A DNA stretch of 64,000 nucleotides, from NCBI GenBank assembly GCA_019828565.1, contig JAHDYR010000053.1:160214-224213 (forward strand), in the 5' to 3' direction. This DNA is from Carpediemonas membranifera BICM (lineage: Eukaryota; Protista; Fornicata). Shown here in pieces: positions 12,519 to 21,044 of the stretch (the first letter of the stretch is position 1; the number at the start of each line of letters is the position of its first letter). The notes beneath the pieces were generated by a model, which had not been told where the DNA came from, did no database searches, and saw only the letters and a list, made by a program, of their open reading frames with translations. A program made the position numbers and the translations under genes.

Positions 12519-12682
12519 ATAAGGCTCTCAGAGCCTTATACACCAATTCGAAATCGTGTATAAGGCTCTCAGAGCCTAATGAATCTCCCGCGCCGTTGCC
12601 TACTGATACTGGTCATTTTTCCGCATGGTTTATTAGGCTCTCAGAGCCTTATGAATTTTTCATTAGGTCCTGAGAGCCTTAT
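12519..12682. repeat. Four copies of a 21-bp near-palindrome ATAAGGCTCTCAGAGCCTTAT
   Basis: Copies at 12519, 12560, 12632 and 12662, the last ending 5 bp before the OTU gene ATG. Confidence 0.85.
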
Positions 12683-12686
12683 AATC

Positions 12687-14060
12687 ATGCAATCGGTTTT
12701 CGACTTCTACATGCTCTTGAAGCGTTCGAAAACGTTTGGTAAGCAGTTCTTTATCTTCTATGACAGCGCTGAGATCAGTCAGGCCTCATCAAACGCGCAG
12801 GAGATGATCAAGTGCTCACTTCTTCGTAAGTTCCTTCTGCCCGATGACAAGATCCTCACCGCCCTTCTTCGTGATCGTAAGTACTTTCCCCATACCTTTT
12901 TACACAGATATTGGCTGGAAAACGCTTCGCAAGCTCTTCAGGTCGCCGCACCTTATCCTGCACCTAAGAGAAACTGCCGAGGCTCAGCTTGAGCTGATCA
13001 CGACATCGGCTGAGCTGAAGAAGGTCATGGGAGATCATGCCTACGACAGCCTTGTCCAGAAGGTCCGCCGAGAAGTGTCTTCGGATCACGAGCACGACGT
13101 TGGAGGTAAGTACTCCAAATAACTCCTGCTTATTCAGTCCTTTCGCTGCTCCGTGAGCGCATAATGCGCAAGGTGAAGCCAGGAAGGTCGGGGGTCGTCC
13201 GTTCGTTCAAGAACAACGCCGAGCCTGAGCTGTCGGACCCGGTCGACGTGCAGTTCGACCGGATAAGGCACCTGGACGCGCTTCTGATGGACTCTCCCGT
13301 CCACAGAAGTACCCTGAGTGGCACATCGCGCCTCCTGCGCCGCCATCTTGCCGTGGAACACAACGGTGCGATCCGTGATTTGAAGAGGGTGCTTTGGCGA
13401 GCCCGGGCCAAGATTGAAAAGCTCGAGACGGAGAAGCTTGTGCCCTTGAAGAAGGAGGCTGAGGTCATAGACCTGGATCGGGAGGCTTTGGTGGCCGCAG
13501 ACCCCAAAGATGACGTCCAGACCATCATGGAGAAGACCGCTAAGATGTTTAAGAACGATACAAGCTCTCTGAAGCGGTCTGAGGTGCCTGGGGATGGCTC
13601 ATGCATTCTCAGCGCCATGCATCTCATCAGGACTGGGTCCCAGCCTACTGTTGGTGAGAAGCTTCAGCTGTACGAGGACATCCGATCCTTCTGTGAGGGC
13701 AAGGGGTTCGAGGGCGACCCGTTCTCTGAGATGCCTGGCTCCCCTTTCCCCTGGGCAGACCATGAGGCCATCCAGGCCAGTGTAGAGCTGAGTCACACTC
13801 CGGTAATCATCACCCAGATCGACGAGGACCTTACCTGCCTCTGGGTCCACAAAGGTTGGGAAGATTCAGAGTTCTTGCCCATCCAGGATGCGACGCTGGA
13901 CAAGATCTTAGGTCTTTGTGAGAGCATGAAGCTCACTCAGTTCATCGTCATCGAGAATCGTCATGCCTGTGTCTACAGTCTTCCGGACCGCAAGCGCAAG
14001 ACAGCTGCCGCAGAGCCCGAGAAGCGTGCTACTCGTCCGGAGGATGTCACCCGCTCATAA
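12687..14060 (+). CDS. OTU-family cysteine protease / deubiquitinase (~436 aa, two introns 12877-12907 and 13106-13137)
   Basis: VPGDGSCILSAM catalytic Cys box, WADHEAIQA, distal His (ENRHA). Two GTAAGTAC...CAG introns join three ORFs in frame. Confidence 0.8.
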
Positions 14061-14090
14061 ATGATTGATTGAATTGATATCTCTTCAAGT

Positions 14091-14684
14091 TTATTCACTC
14101 TTGCCTTGAGTCATGCGCGCAGTTTGGAAGCGCTTACGGGCGGGGTTGGACTTGGTCTTCCGCTGCTTACGCTTGCGGGGCTGCGGCTTGACCTGCAGTA
14201 TTTTGAACTGCTCCACCTTTCGAGCGAGGTAGTGAGGGTCATCTATGGCGAGACTCTTGAAGCGAGCAACCGGGTGCTCCTCTTCATCGGCCTCAAAGTA
14301 GGTCTCGCCATAATCGATGCGCAAGAACTCGCCGCGAACGATGTTGGCAGTGGCCCTGACCGATATCACTGGCAGGCCATCCACCAAGACGTCCACGAAC
14401 TCACAGTTGACATCGTCAGGGCTGTGGTTAATCAGGTGGACACCCGCTGCGGCCGACATGGCATCGACGGCGACCTGACTGTCAGCGAATGACATGCTGT
14501 GTAATGGTAATGGAATATGCGAAACAAACACCATCTGGCCGTTGTTGCTGGCCGTCTCAGCATCGGGAATCAGCTTCCCGAAGTATATGCCGAGACATGT
14601 GCCAGCTGAGATATCCTCAGTGGCAATCATGCCTCGGCCGACGCTCTGCGTCCGATTGAGGAGCCGGATGGTCGGGCTCCTGGG
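14091..14684 (-). CDS. SET-domain methyltransferase (5' exons probably extend towards ~15053)
   Basis: GRGMIATEDI, LGIYFG, LINHS..VNC, ATANI.RGEFLRIDYG..YF; basic NLS-like C-terminal tail. Confidence 0.88.
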   Translation of the reverse strand, partial: PRSPTIRLLNRTQSVGRGMIATEDISAGTCLGIYFGKLIPDAETASNNGQMVFVSHIPLPLHSMSFADSQVAVDAMSAAAGVHLINHSPDDVNCEFVDVLVDGLPVISVRATANIVRGEFLRIDYGETYFEADEEEHPVARFKSLAIDDPHYLARKVEQFKILQVKPQPRKRKQRKTKSNPARKRFQTARMTQGKSE

Positions 14685-15155
14685 TCAGACGGGGGGTCGC
14701 AACGGGTCTCGGATGAGATCCAGGCCGGAGCAGGAATGGCCTGAAGGCTTATCTCATCCGAAATCAGCCGCTTGACGTCCTGCAGGTCTGAACCCGGGTA
14801 AAAATGCGTCCACCTAGGGTGGACGTGCATGACGGACCCCTCGACGGAGTCCTCCTCGGCTTCAGACGAGCTGGATGAATGGGAAGGCGACTCGGGAGGC
14901 GGAGGAGGAGGTGATGCTGCCGTTACAGTCGTTTCCGCAGGACGTTGATCCTGCGGAGAAGCAGATGACTCAAAAAGTCTTGTTGGGTGGATTTTGAGTC
15001 CTTCTCTTACCTACCGGTTGCTGCTTCCTTGCGGGCATCTTTCTTCTCGCCATATCTTCGTTCTCTTTTTTTTTCTCGCAACTCCCGATCCGAAGAACAG
15101 GCGCATCGCTTCAGATCCGAACAATACTGCAGTAGCATGCATAAATAGTGTAGCA

Positions 15156-16249
15156 ATGAAGGTATACCTCTTTACTTGGATCAAAAGCTTGTCCTTTGCT
15201 TCAAATCAAAATGTGCCATTCATGAAAAAAAAATTGGCACATTGCAAATGGACGAGAAATACGGAGAATTCGGCACGCGACGCATCAGTAAGGACCAAGA
15301 AGTCTTTGAATGTGTCTGTGGTAAGGTTCAGCTCAGGCGTGGACATCGCGGGATCGGTTTCAAGTCTTCTTCCTCTCACGAGTGTCCTTTTACAACAGAG
15401 AAGTTGATTAACCGACGGGTGCTAATCACCATCGAGCCGCTGCATGGTTTCGAGACCCCGACTCAGCCCTACCCCGTCTTCCGCGTGGAAAGTCTTGCCA
15501 ACTCATCTGGCTATCATTTCAAGCTCAAGACGGCTCTAGAGCTCGTTGATGATGAGTGGCTGACTGCCGTTGCCCGCAACTTTAAGTCTACGTCCCATCT
15601 GGCCGAGGTACTTGAGGAGTTGGCGTCGCAGTACTCTAACTTCGACACTTACTGGGTGATATCGGGTCATTCTGATACAGAAACGTCGCGTATGATTGAT
15701 ACGTCTACGAACGAGTTTCTGTATCACCATGATCTGGTCCAGCTCATCCTCAGGTCATTCGAGAGCCCTTCCTTGGTGAGATCGACGCGTGTGCGTCTGA
15801 TTTACTTTGCCACCTGCTCCGGACTCGACAGATCTGAGGAGTCTCAGCTGTGCAGTGCTATTTCGACAGCCAAGTACAAGAACACATGCATTATCCTCAC
15901 TCCTGAGAAGGTTCTGGCGCATGAGCTTGTTCTCCAGGACGCCTATTGGCTCTACCGCGTGACATGCCTCGACAATCCTCTTTTCTTTCTGACGAAGTAC
16001 TTCTCTGGCTATCGTTTCGCGCCTGGCTCAGCAGGAAGACGGATTATAGCCAATGGTTCCTTGTCATTTCCCAACGAGGCCAGGGTCATCATGTCTGAGA
16101 CTAGCTATGCCCGGCCCATTCCTCTTCCTGAAATGCAAGACATCGTTTCTGATGTCAACGAGTATGACCCGTTAAGAACCGACCAGAGAAGACTTATGAA
16201 TGATCGATACATAAGCATGATGACCCGTGCGCTTGAGAGAGACGTGTAG
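15156..16249 (+). CDS. Caspase-fold (CHAT/clan CD-like) protease with Cys/His-rich N-terminus; probable intron 15162-15187
   Basis: YWVISGHS and RLIYFATCSG match hydrophobic-strand-GH and hydrophobic-strand-xC dyad patterns about 47 aa apart. Confidence 0.6.
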
Positions 16250-16292
16250 TAAACAGATATATATACAATTTATGATCATCTCTCACTAAACA

Positions 16293-17516
16293 CTAAACAA
16301 TCGGTCTCATGCCCTCTACTCGCTTATAGACAACCTTACATTTGCTGCAGAGGGGAACGATGTACAACTTGCCATCAATGGTGTACTGCACTTCCTCAGA
16401 GCAATGCTCACAGTACCACCAGTGACAGCCTCGGCAGCAAAGAAGAGTAGAAGCCTGTTCTTCTGCTTTCTTCGTGTTCTTGGATCTTAGGCCCTTTTTG
16501 CACGCCTGGCACTTGTTGCTAGAGCCGGTAATATAGCACGCGGGACAGTAGTCCTTCTTGCCCTTCGTCCTGACACATTGCTCGTGCAGGAAACCTTTGC
16601 AAGCACAGCATCTCCTGAACGTAGTGCCGTCTGGATTGAAGAACCACTCGGGGGTACCACACACAAGACATCCAAATAGCATTTTGCGCTGATGAAGGCT
16701 AAGGAAAGTCGTCTTACATGTCTCGGGTTCGGTAGGCGGGTCTCTCACACGGGTCTCTGAGACAACGTCGTTGATCAGGACCTTAATACGGTCAACAACA
16801 GCATCGGACACGTTGTTAGACACCTGCTGCAGATCGTCGTCACCAAGCCTGGGTCGCTTGGCTTCCTCGTCGTCAAAGACGATCTTCTTCCGAACCGGCA
16901 CCGATCGATCTGTCGTTGACTGAGGTGTGTCTGCTTCATCACCAACACCAAGTGAAGACAGTTGCGTAGTCGACCGTATCGGTGGGATCTCTGCCTTGAT
17001 CATCGTAGTCGGGGTCGATTTGACCGTTGCCTTTTGCTTGACAGGCTTATATCTCACCCGGTTGATCACAGGCAAGTTCTCAAGGCTGATTGAGTCGGAA
17101 ACATCATTCAGTCCAGCATCTGAGAGAACTTCTGAGAGCATCTGGCGGAACTCGGCATGGCAGGGCTGACTACGGACAGCAATGTGCTGCATGACAGAGC
17201 CATTGTACTCCGCAGAGGGTCTAACTGCCGTTATAAACGTAGTAACGCCGACAACAGTCGTCCGCCTGACCTGTTCCCGGAGTTCAATTGACTTGAACCC
17301 AGGGCATTCGGCGGCGACCCTGCGCTGGACCTCCAGAAGTACCTTATGGATGTCGCGTGCACTCAAGCCGAGGTCAGTTGCCTCGTCGTCCTCAAATACT
17401 GAAGAAACAACGGCTGTAACAAATGAACGACGGAGATTTGCGAGCTTACTGTTGCCATACTGTCTGATGGGGGGCGTAGCAGCAATAGGTTCTGGTACAG
17501 ACACTTCTGAATTCAT
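16293..17516 (-). CDS. PHD-finger protein (one C4HC3 finger plus a second Cys-rich finger)
   Basis: CLVC...CCACKGFLHEQC...YCPAC then CQAC...CCRGCHWWYCEHC...LCSKC. Confidence 0.8.
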   Translation of the reverse strand: MNSEVSVPEPIAATPPIRQYGNSKLANLRRSFVTAVVSSVFEDDEATDLGLSARDIHKVLLEVQRRVAAECPGFKSIELREQVRRTTVVGVTTFITAVRPSAEYNGSVMQHIAVRSQPCHAEFRQMLSEVLSDAGLNDVSDSISLENLPVINRVRYKPVKQKATVKSTPTTMIKAEIPPIRSTTQLSSLGVGDEADTPQSTTDRSVPVRKKIVFDDEEAKRPRLGDDDLQQVSNNVSDAVVDRIKVLINDVVSETRVRDPPTEPETCKTTFLSLHQRKMLFGCLVCGTPEWFFNPDGTTFRRCCACKGFLHEQCVRTKGKKDYCPACYITGSSNKCQACKKGLRSKNTKKAEEQASTLLCCRGCHWWYCEHCSEEVQYTIDGKLYIVPLCSKCKVVYKRVEGMRPIV

Positions 17517-17929
17517 GAGAATTTCTATCCAAGCTGTTTACGTTGTTACATTTGTCTATTTACGTAGACTCCTGGCATTGACAATACCTAAAACTGCGAC
17601 ATTTGTCGATCATGATTCGAGCAACTAGCCACCAAAAGGTAGAAACGGTAACGTCAGGGCTCGTGGAAGTTGCCAAAGTACAAGATTCTTACCAAATAAT
17701 CCGAAAAACTGCTCAGGGCTTGCGAAAGGAAGAAGAAATCAACAAAAAGGTGAATGACACAGAGTTTCTGCTGCAAGAGATACGCGATTTGTTTATAGAT
17801 GCCATACAGACGATGAGGGACAAGTAAAAATGACATTCACTAGCTTTGCTTCTCATTTCACATATTCTTGTGAAATATGTGAAATGTGAAACAGATTCTA
17901 GTGAATCTCATTTTTTCTTGCACTTTTTG

Positions 17930-17979
17930 GAGTATCTCCAGGGTATCTCCCGGGAGACTCTAGCCATTCTTACAGTATG
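17930..17979 (-). repeat. Right TIR of element C
   Basis: Reverse complement of the left TIR with one mismatch. Confidence 0.95.
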
Positions 17980-19668
17980 TGGTCAACCTATGACCAAGAG
18001 CTCTTCGCTCTAGTCTACTGCCTGACAAGGCCAGACCTTCAGCCACTATTCATCGGACACCCGGACCTTACAGTCAGGACCGACCACAAGAATTTAGTCG
18101 CATTACACGCAAAAGCGGCGACGAACCGAAAGCATCGCAGATGGCTCATGACGCTGCTTGAGTTCCACTTCACTATTGAGCACCTCGCAGGGTCAGACAA
18201 CGTCACGGCTGATTTCCTATCGCGATACCCGTTCGACGTTCCGACAGACATAGAGGAGGTCGCACTTGAGACACTGCGTGAGACAGTCATAGCTGCGCAG
18301 AAGGACCACCCAGAGGAGAAGCCGTCAAAGCATTGCACAACTGACAACGACGGGATCATCCGCTACCGCGGCAGGATCTTCGTCCCGGCTGCATGCCGGC
18401 CCGCAGCCCTACGCGAGGGTCATCGTTTCCACATGGGCGTCAAGAAGTCCGCTCAGGCGATCAGGGACCGCGGCATGGACTGGCCTAACCTCGAGCAGAG
18501 CGTCAGTACAGCTATCGACTCATGTCTGATCTGCCAGAAGACCAGACTCAAGAACTTTCTGAAGGTGAAGATAGGCACCACCACGAGCAACGCGCCCTTC
18601 GCCAGGATCGCTGTCGACACGCTCGGGCCCATCAGTCAGGACACAGCCGGTAACCGTTACGTAGTCGTAGTCACCGACATGTTCACCAGGTTTACCGAGC
18701 TCATACCATCGCCTTCTAACAACGCCGACTCGGCCGCGGCGGCCATCTGGTCCATCATTTGCCGGCACGGGATTCCAGAGGTCTTACACACTGACGGTGG
18801 ACCGGAATATGCCAACAGAATCGTCACCGGTCTCATCGAGAGGCTCAACGCCAGCCACCACAAGACCACACCCTTCCACCCACAGTCCAACGGGCTGGTC
18901 GAGCGGGTCAACAGAGAAATCAAACGTCACATGAGGGTACTAGCCCTCGAATTCGACAAGTTCTCCGAGTGGTCGACCCACATACTCCCCTATGTAGCCT
19001 GGATCCTCAACACCACGACACACTCAACGACAGGCTTCACCCCTATGGAGCTGCTTTACGGCACAGCGGCGGCCTCACGGCAGGTGATTCGCCCGAAAGA
19101 CGCTTCGGACTACGCCGACAACAACCCCCTCCACTCAGTCGCAGAGTACCTCACCACGACCGACACTCTACTCAGCAAGCTCGTTCGGTCCGCGCAACTT
19201 CACGAGAAGGCCAAGCGCCACCGTGAAGGGAGGGCAGAGGCTCACACGAAGACCAAACTGAAGCCAGGAGACTTCGTGCTTCGAAAGAATATTCAAGAGA
19301 CCAAGCTCCACGGTCACGCAGGCCCATTCAAGGTCGTCACAGTGCACGATTACAATGCCGTCGTAACACCGCTCCTCGCCGACAAAGGGCAGTCAACACC
19401 GACACGACGGACAGTGCACCTGTCTCACCTTATACCTCTTAAGACGGATCTCAAAGAGAGCGAGCTCGCTTACCTCGCTTCGAGCGACCAAGAAGAGTGG
19501 TTCGTAGATAAGATCGTGGGTCACACCCGCGACGGTTTACTCAAGGTCCGCTGGGTCGGGTCCGACGCGATTACGACAGAGCCAGTCGAGGCGCTTGCAC
19601 ATACGCCGGCCGCCAAAGCTTACCTGACGAAGCACCCTCGGCTGCTCAGGGAGGGCAGTGTGGAGTAA
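17980..19668 (+). CDS. Element B RNase H-integrase-chromodomain (3' part)
   Basis: Rejoins as QRRWSTYDQELFAL; integrase HRFH/CLIC, VDT/TDGG/ERVN, GPF; chromodomain EEWFVDKIVGH...KVRWVG...TTEPVE. Confidence 0.93.
   Translation, partial: WSTYDQELFALVYCLTRPDLQPLFIGHPDLTVRTDHKNLVALHAKAATNRKHRRWLMTLLEFHFTIEHLAGSDNVTADFLSRYPFDVPTDIEEVALETLRETVIAAQKDHPEEKPSKHCTTDNDGIIRYRGRIFVPAACRPAALREGHRFHMGVKKSAQAIRDRGMDWPNLEQSVSTAIDSCLICQKTRLKNFLKVKIGTTTSNAPFARIAVDTLGPISQDTAGNRYVVVVTDMFTRFTELIPSPSNNADSAAAAIWSIICRHGIPEVLHTDGGPEYANRIVTGLIERLNASHHKTTPFHPQSNGLVERVNREIKRHMRVLALEFDKFSEWSTHILPYVAWILNTTTHSTTGFTPMELLYGTAAASRQVIRPKDASDYADNNPLHSVAEYLTTTDTLLSKLVRSAQLHEKAKRHREGRAEAHTKTKLKPGDFVLRKNIQETKLHGHAGPFKVVTVHDYNAVVTPLLADKGQSTPTRRTVHLSHLIPLKTDLKESELAYLASSDQEEWFVDKIVGHTRDGLLKVRWVGSDAITTEPVEALAHTPAAKAYLTKHPRLLREGSVE
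19648..19658 (+). other. Polypurine tract of element B
   Basis: AGGGAGGGCAG directly abutting the 3' LTR. Confidence 0.8.
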
Positions 19669-19708
19669 TCAATTGATAAACACCTTTTTGCTTTAAGCCA
19701 ACGCCACA
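19659..19708 (+). repeat. 3' LTR of element B (50 bp)
   Basis: Identical to 3462-3511; preceded by the PPT; contains the pol stop codon. Confidence 0.95.
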
Positions 19709-19712
19709 ACCC

Positions 19713-19930
19713 CCTATGAGATCATTTACGGAACAGCATTCACGGTCCCGGGCGAGATGTTAGTCACGACTGAGTCGGACTCAAGACCGGCACAGGACCT
19801 GTTGGAAGCAGTGCAGTTGGCACGTGACTTGGCTGCAGCTCGGATCCAAGCGATGCGTGACGACGCGTTGCAGGCGGCGTCGGGGCAGACCCCGATTACG
19901 TCGCCCTACGTACTGGTTAAGTACCCTAAG
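19713..19930 (+). pseudogene. Displaced integrase C-terminal remainder of element A
   Basis: In-frame continuation PYEIIYGTAFTVPGEML... after the duplicated ACCC target site. Confidence 0.85.
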
Positions 19931-20262
19931 GATTCGATGGGCGCGCAAATTTCAAGGATCGTCTCGATCCTCTTCAGAAGAACGAGAATGGCTGATCCGG
20001 CCGAAGAAAACGAGCCGGGAGCGAGAACCCGCAGGCGATGCCTGTTCAGCGCGCAGGAGCGACGCTGTGAGAAACTTCAGCATTGGAATAAATTTCTCAC
20101 CCCCCCCTCTGGGTTGGTGATTATATGTTAGTTGGCCATGTTATATGGCGTGACGGGCGGGACCTCCCCATTGGTTTGCACAGCGGATGAGCTAGTGCGG
20201 ATGTGTCAGACATCGCCATGAAATATGGCGCTCTGCCATAAACTGCGCACTTGGCTTGTGAC

Positions 20263-20470
20263 TCCTGTCACAGGACCATCACTGGCACCTGCGCGCGCCG
20301 ATCAATGTGCACTTTAGGTCACACTTCGAAACGCATCGGCAGGTGTCGGAGCCGTTTCGGACCTGACCGGATCGCGAGACGAGGATTTACCCGGGTCTGT
20401 CATAAGAGCTCGGGGAAGCCACCCGAAGTAAATACTCGCCCCCCCCATTTTGGTTGGATTTAAGAGGAGG
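20263..20470 (+). mobile_element. Solo A-spacer-B terminal remnant of YR retrotransposon family E1 (B repeat split; continues at 24172-24181)
   Basis: Matches the 3' end of E1b (27644 onward). B is cut at GAGGAGG and its next 10 nt (GCTCTCTGTT) reappear after E1a. Confidence 0.85.
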
Positions 20471-20551
20471 TCCTGTCACAGGACCATCACTGGCACCTGC
20501 GCGCGCCGATCAATGTGCACTTTAGGTCACACTTCGAAACGCATCGGCAGG

Positions 20552-21034
20552 ATGTCTGATAACGAAGACCTGCCGCCGCAAGACAGTCCCGATGAGCTTA
20601 ACAAGCGTATCGAGAAGCTGGAGCGCTTGGTTAAGATACAATCGGAAGCAATTTTGGAGCAGCAAGCAGAAGCAGCTCGCCGTCCACTGTTCCTGGAGAT
20701 GCCAAAGAGGTTCGGCCTCGAAGATGAGGCCAGATTCGTATACAAGACCATGAATAGGATCGAGAACGGCGCAAAGATGAAGGAGATCGGGAACATTCTC
20801 TTTGCAAGAATCCAGTACCTTCTAATCAAGGACGTGTACACTGACGCTACTGCAGAGCGGTTCGAGAACTATTGCAAGGCGAAGGGCGTGCCTGATCGCG
20901 ACGAGGTCCTGGAACTGGCGGCCCGCGCCAAGTCTAAGGGCGATAAGCGCGACGCTAATTTTCGCCGCGGTGGCCGCGCTCAGGACCGAGGTCGCACTCA
21001 GACAGGATCCTCCGGCAAGAGAGCCCACACCTAA
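20552..21034 (+). CDS. E1a ORF1 (Gag-like)
   Basis: ATG right after A1; coiled-coil N-terminus, basic RGG-rich C-terminus. Confidence 0.75.
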   Translation: MSDNEDLPPQDSPDELNKRIEKLERLVKIQSEAILEQQAEAARRPLFLEMPKRFGLEDEARFVYKTMNRIENGAKMKEIGNILFARIQYLLIKDVYTDATAERFENYCKAKGVPDRDEVLELAARAKSKGDKRDANFRRGGRAQDRGRTQTGSSGKRAHT

Positions 21035-21044
21035 CCCTCTTTCC

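Larger units (their letters stand above)
6672..17979. mobile_element. 11.3-kb TIR DNA transposon C with multi-gene cargo
   Basis: 50-bp TIRs (49/50 match). Excising it together with one copy of the 2-bp TG duplication restores B's reading frame exactly. Confidence 0.93.
3462..19708 (+). mobile_element. Chromodomain-bearing Ty3/Gypsy retrotransposon B (4,937 bp once element C is removed)
   Basis: Identical TG...CA direct repeats at both ends, 4-bp TSD ACCC (3458-3461 / 19709-19712), polypurine tract, single 1,610-aa reconstructed ORF. Confidence 0.95.
1..19930 (+). mobile_element. Ty3/Gypsy LTR retrotransposon A (5' LTR cut by window edge; split by element B; 3' end truncated, no 3' LTR seen)
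   Basis: gag-PR-RT-RH-IN order in one ORF. Removing 3462-19712 rejoins the integrase as ...ATRLTPYEIIYGTAF... Homology-like sequence ends near VLVKYPK (~19930) without a GPY/F motif. Confidence 0.9.

Noticed and set aside
12519-12682. CRISPR array
   Set aside because: Spacers are about 20, 51 and 9 nt, there are no cas genes, and the context is eukaryotic.
6674-17977. Reading element C as a Tc1/mariner-type insertion with a TA TSD and CTGTAAG ends
   Set aside because: That excision leaves B out of frame. Only CATAC...GTATG ends with a TG duplication restore QRRWSTYDQE.
20230-20242. 13-bp inverted match to 35021-35033 (TTTATGGCAGAGC), suggesting outer TIRs around the YR cluster
   Set aside because: Too short, with no extension or TSD, so it cannot be distinguished from chance.
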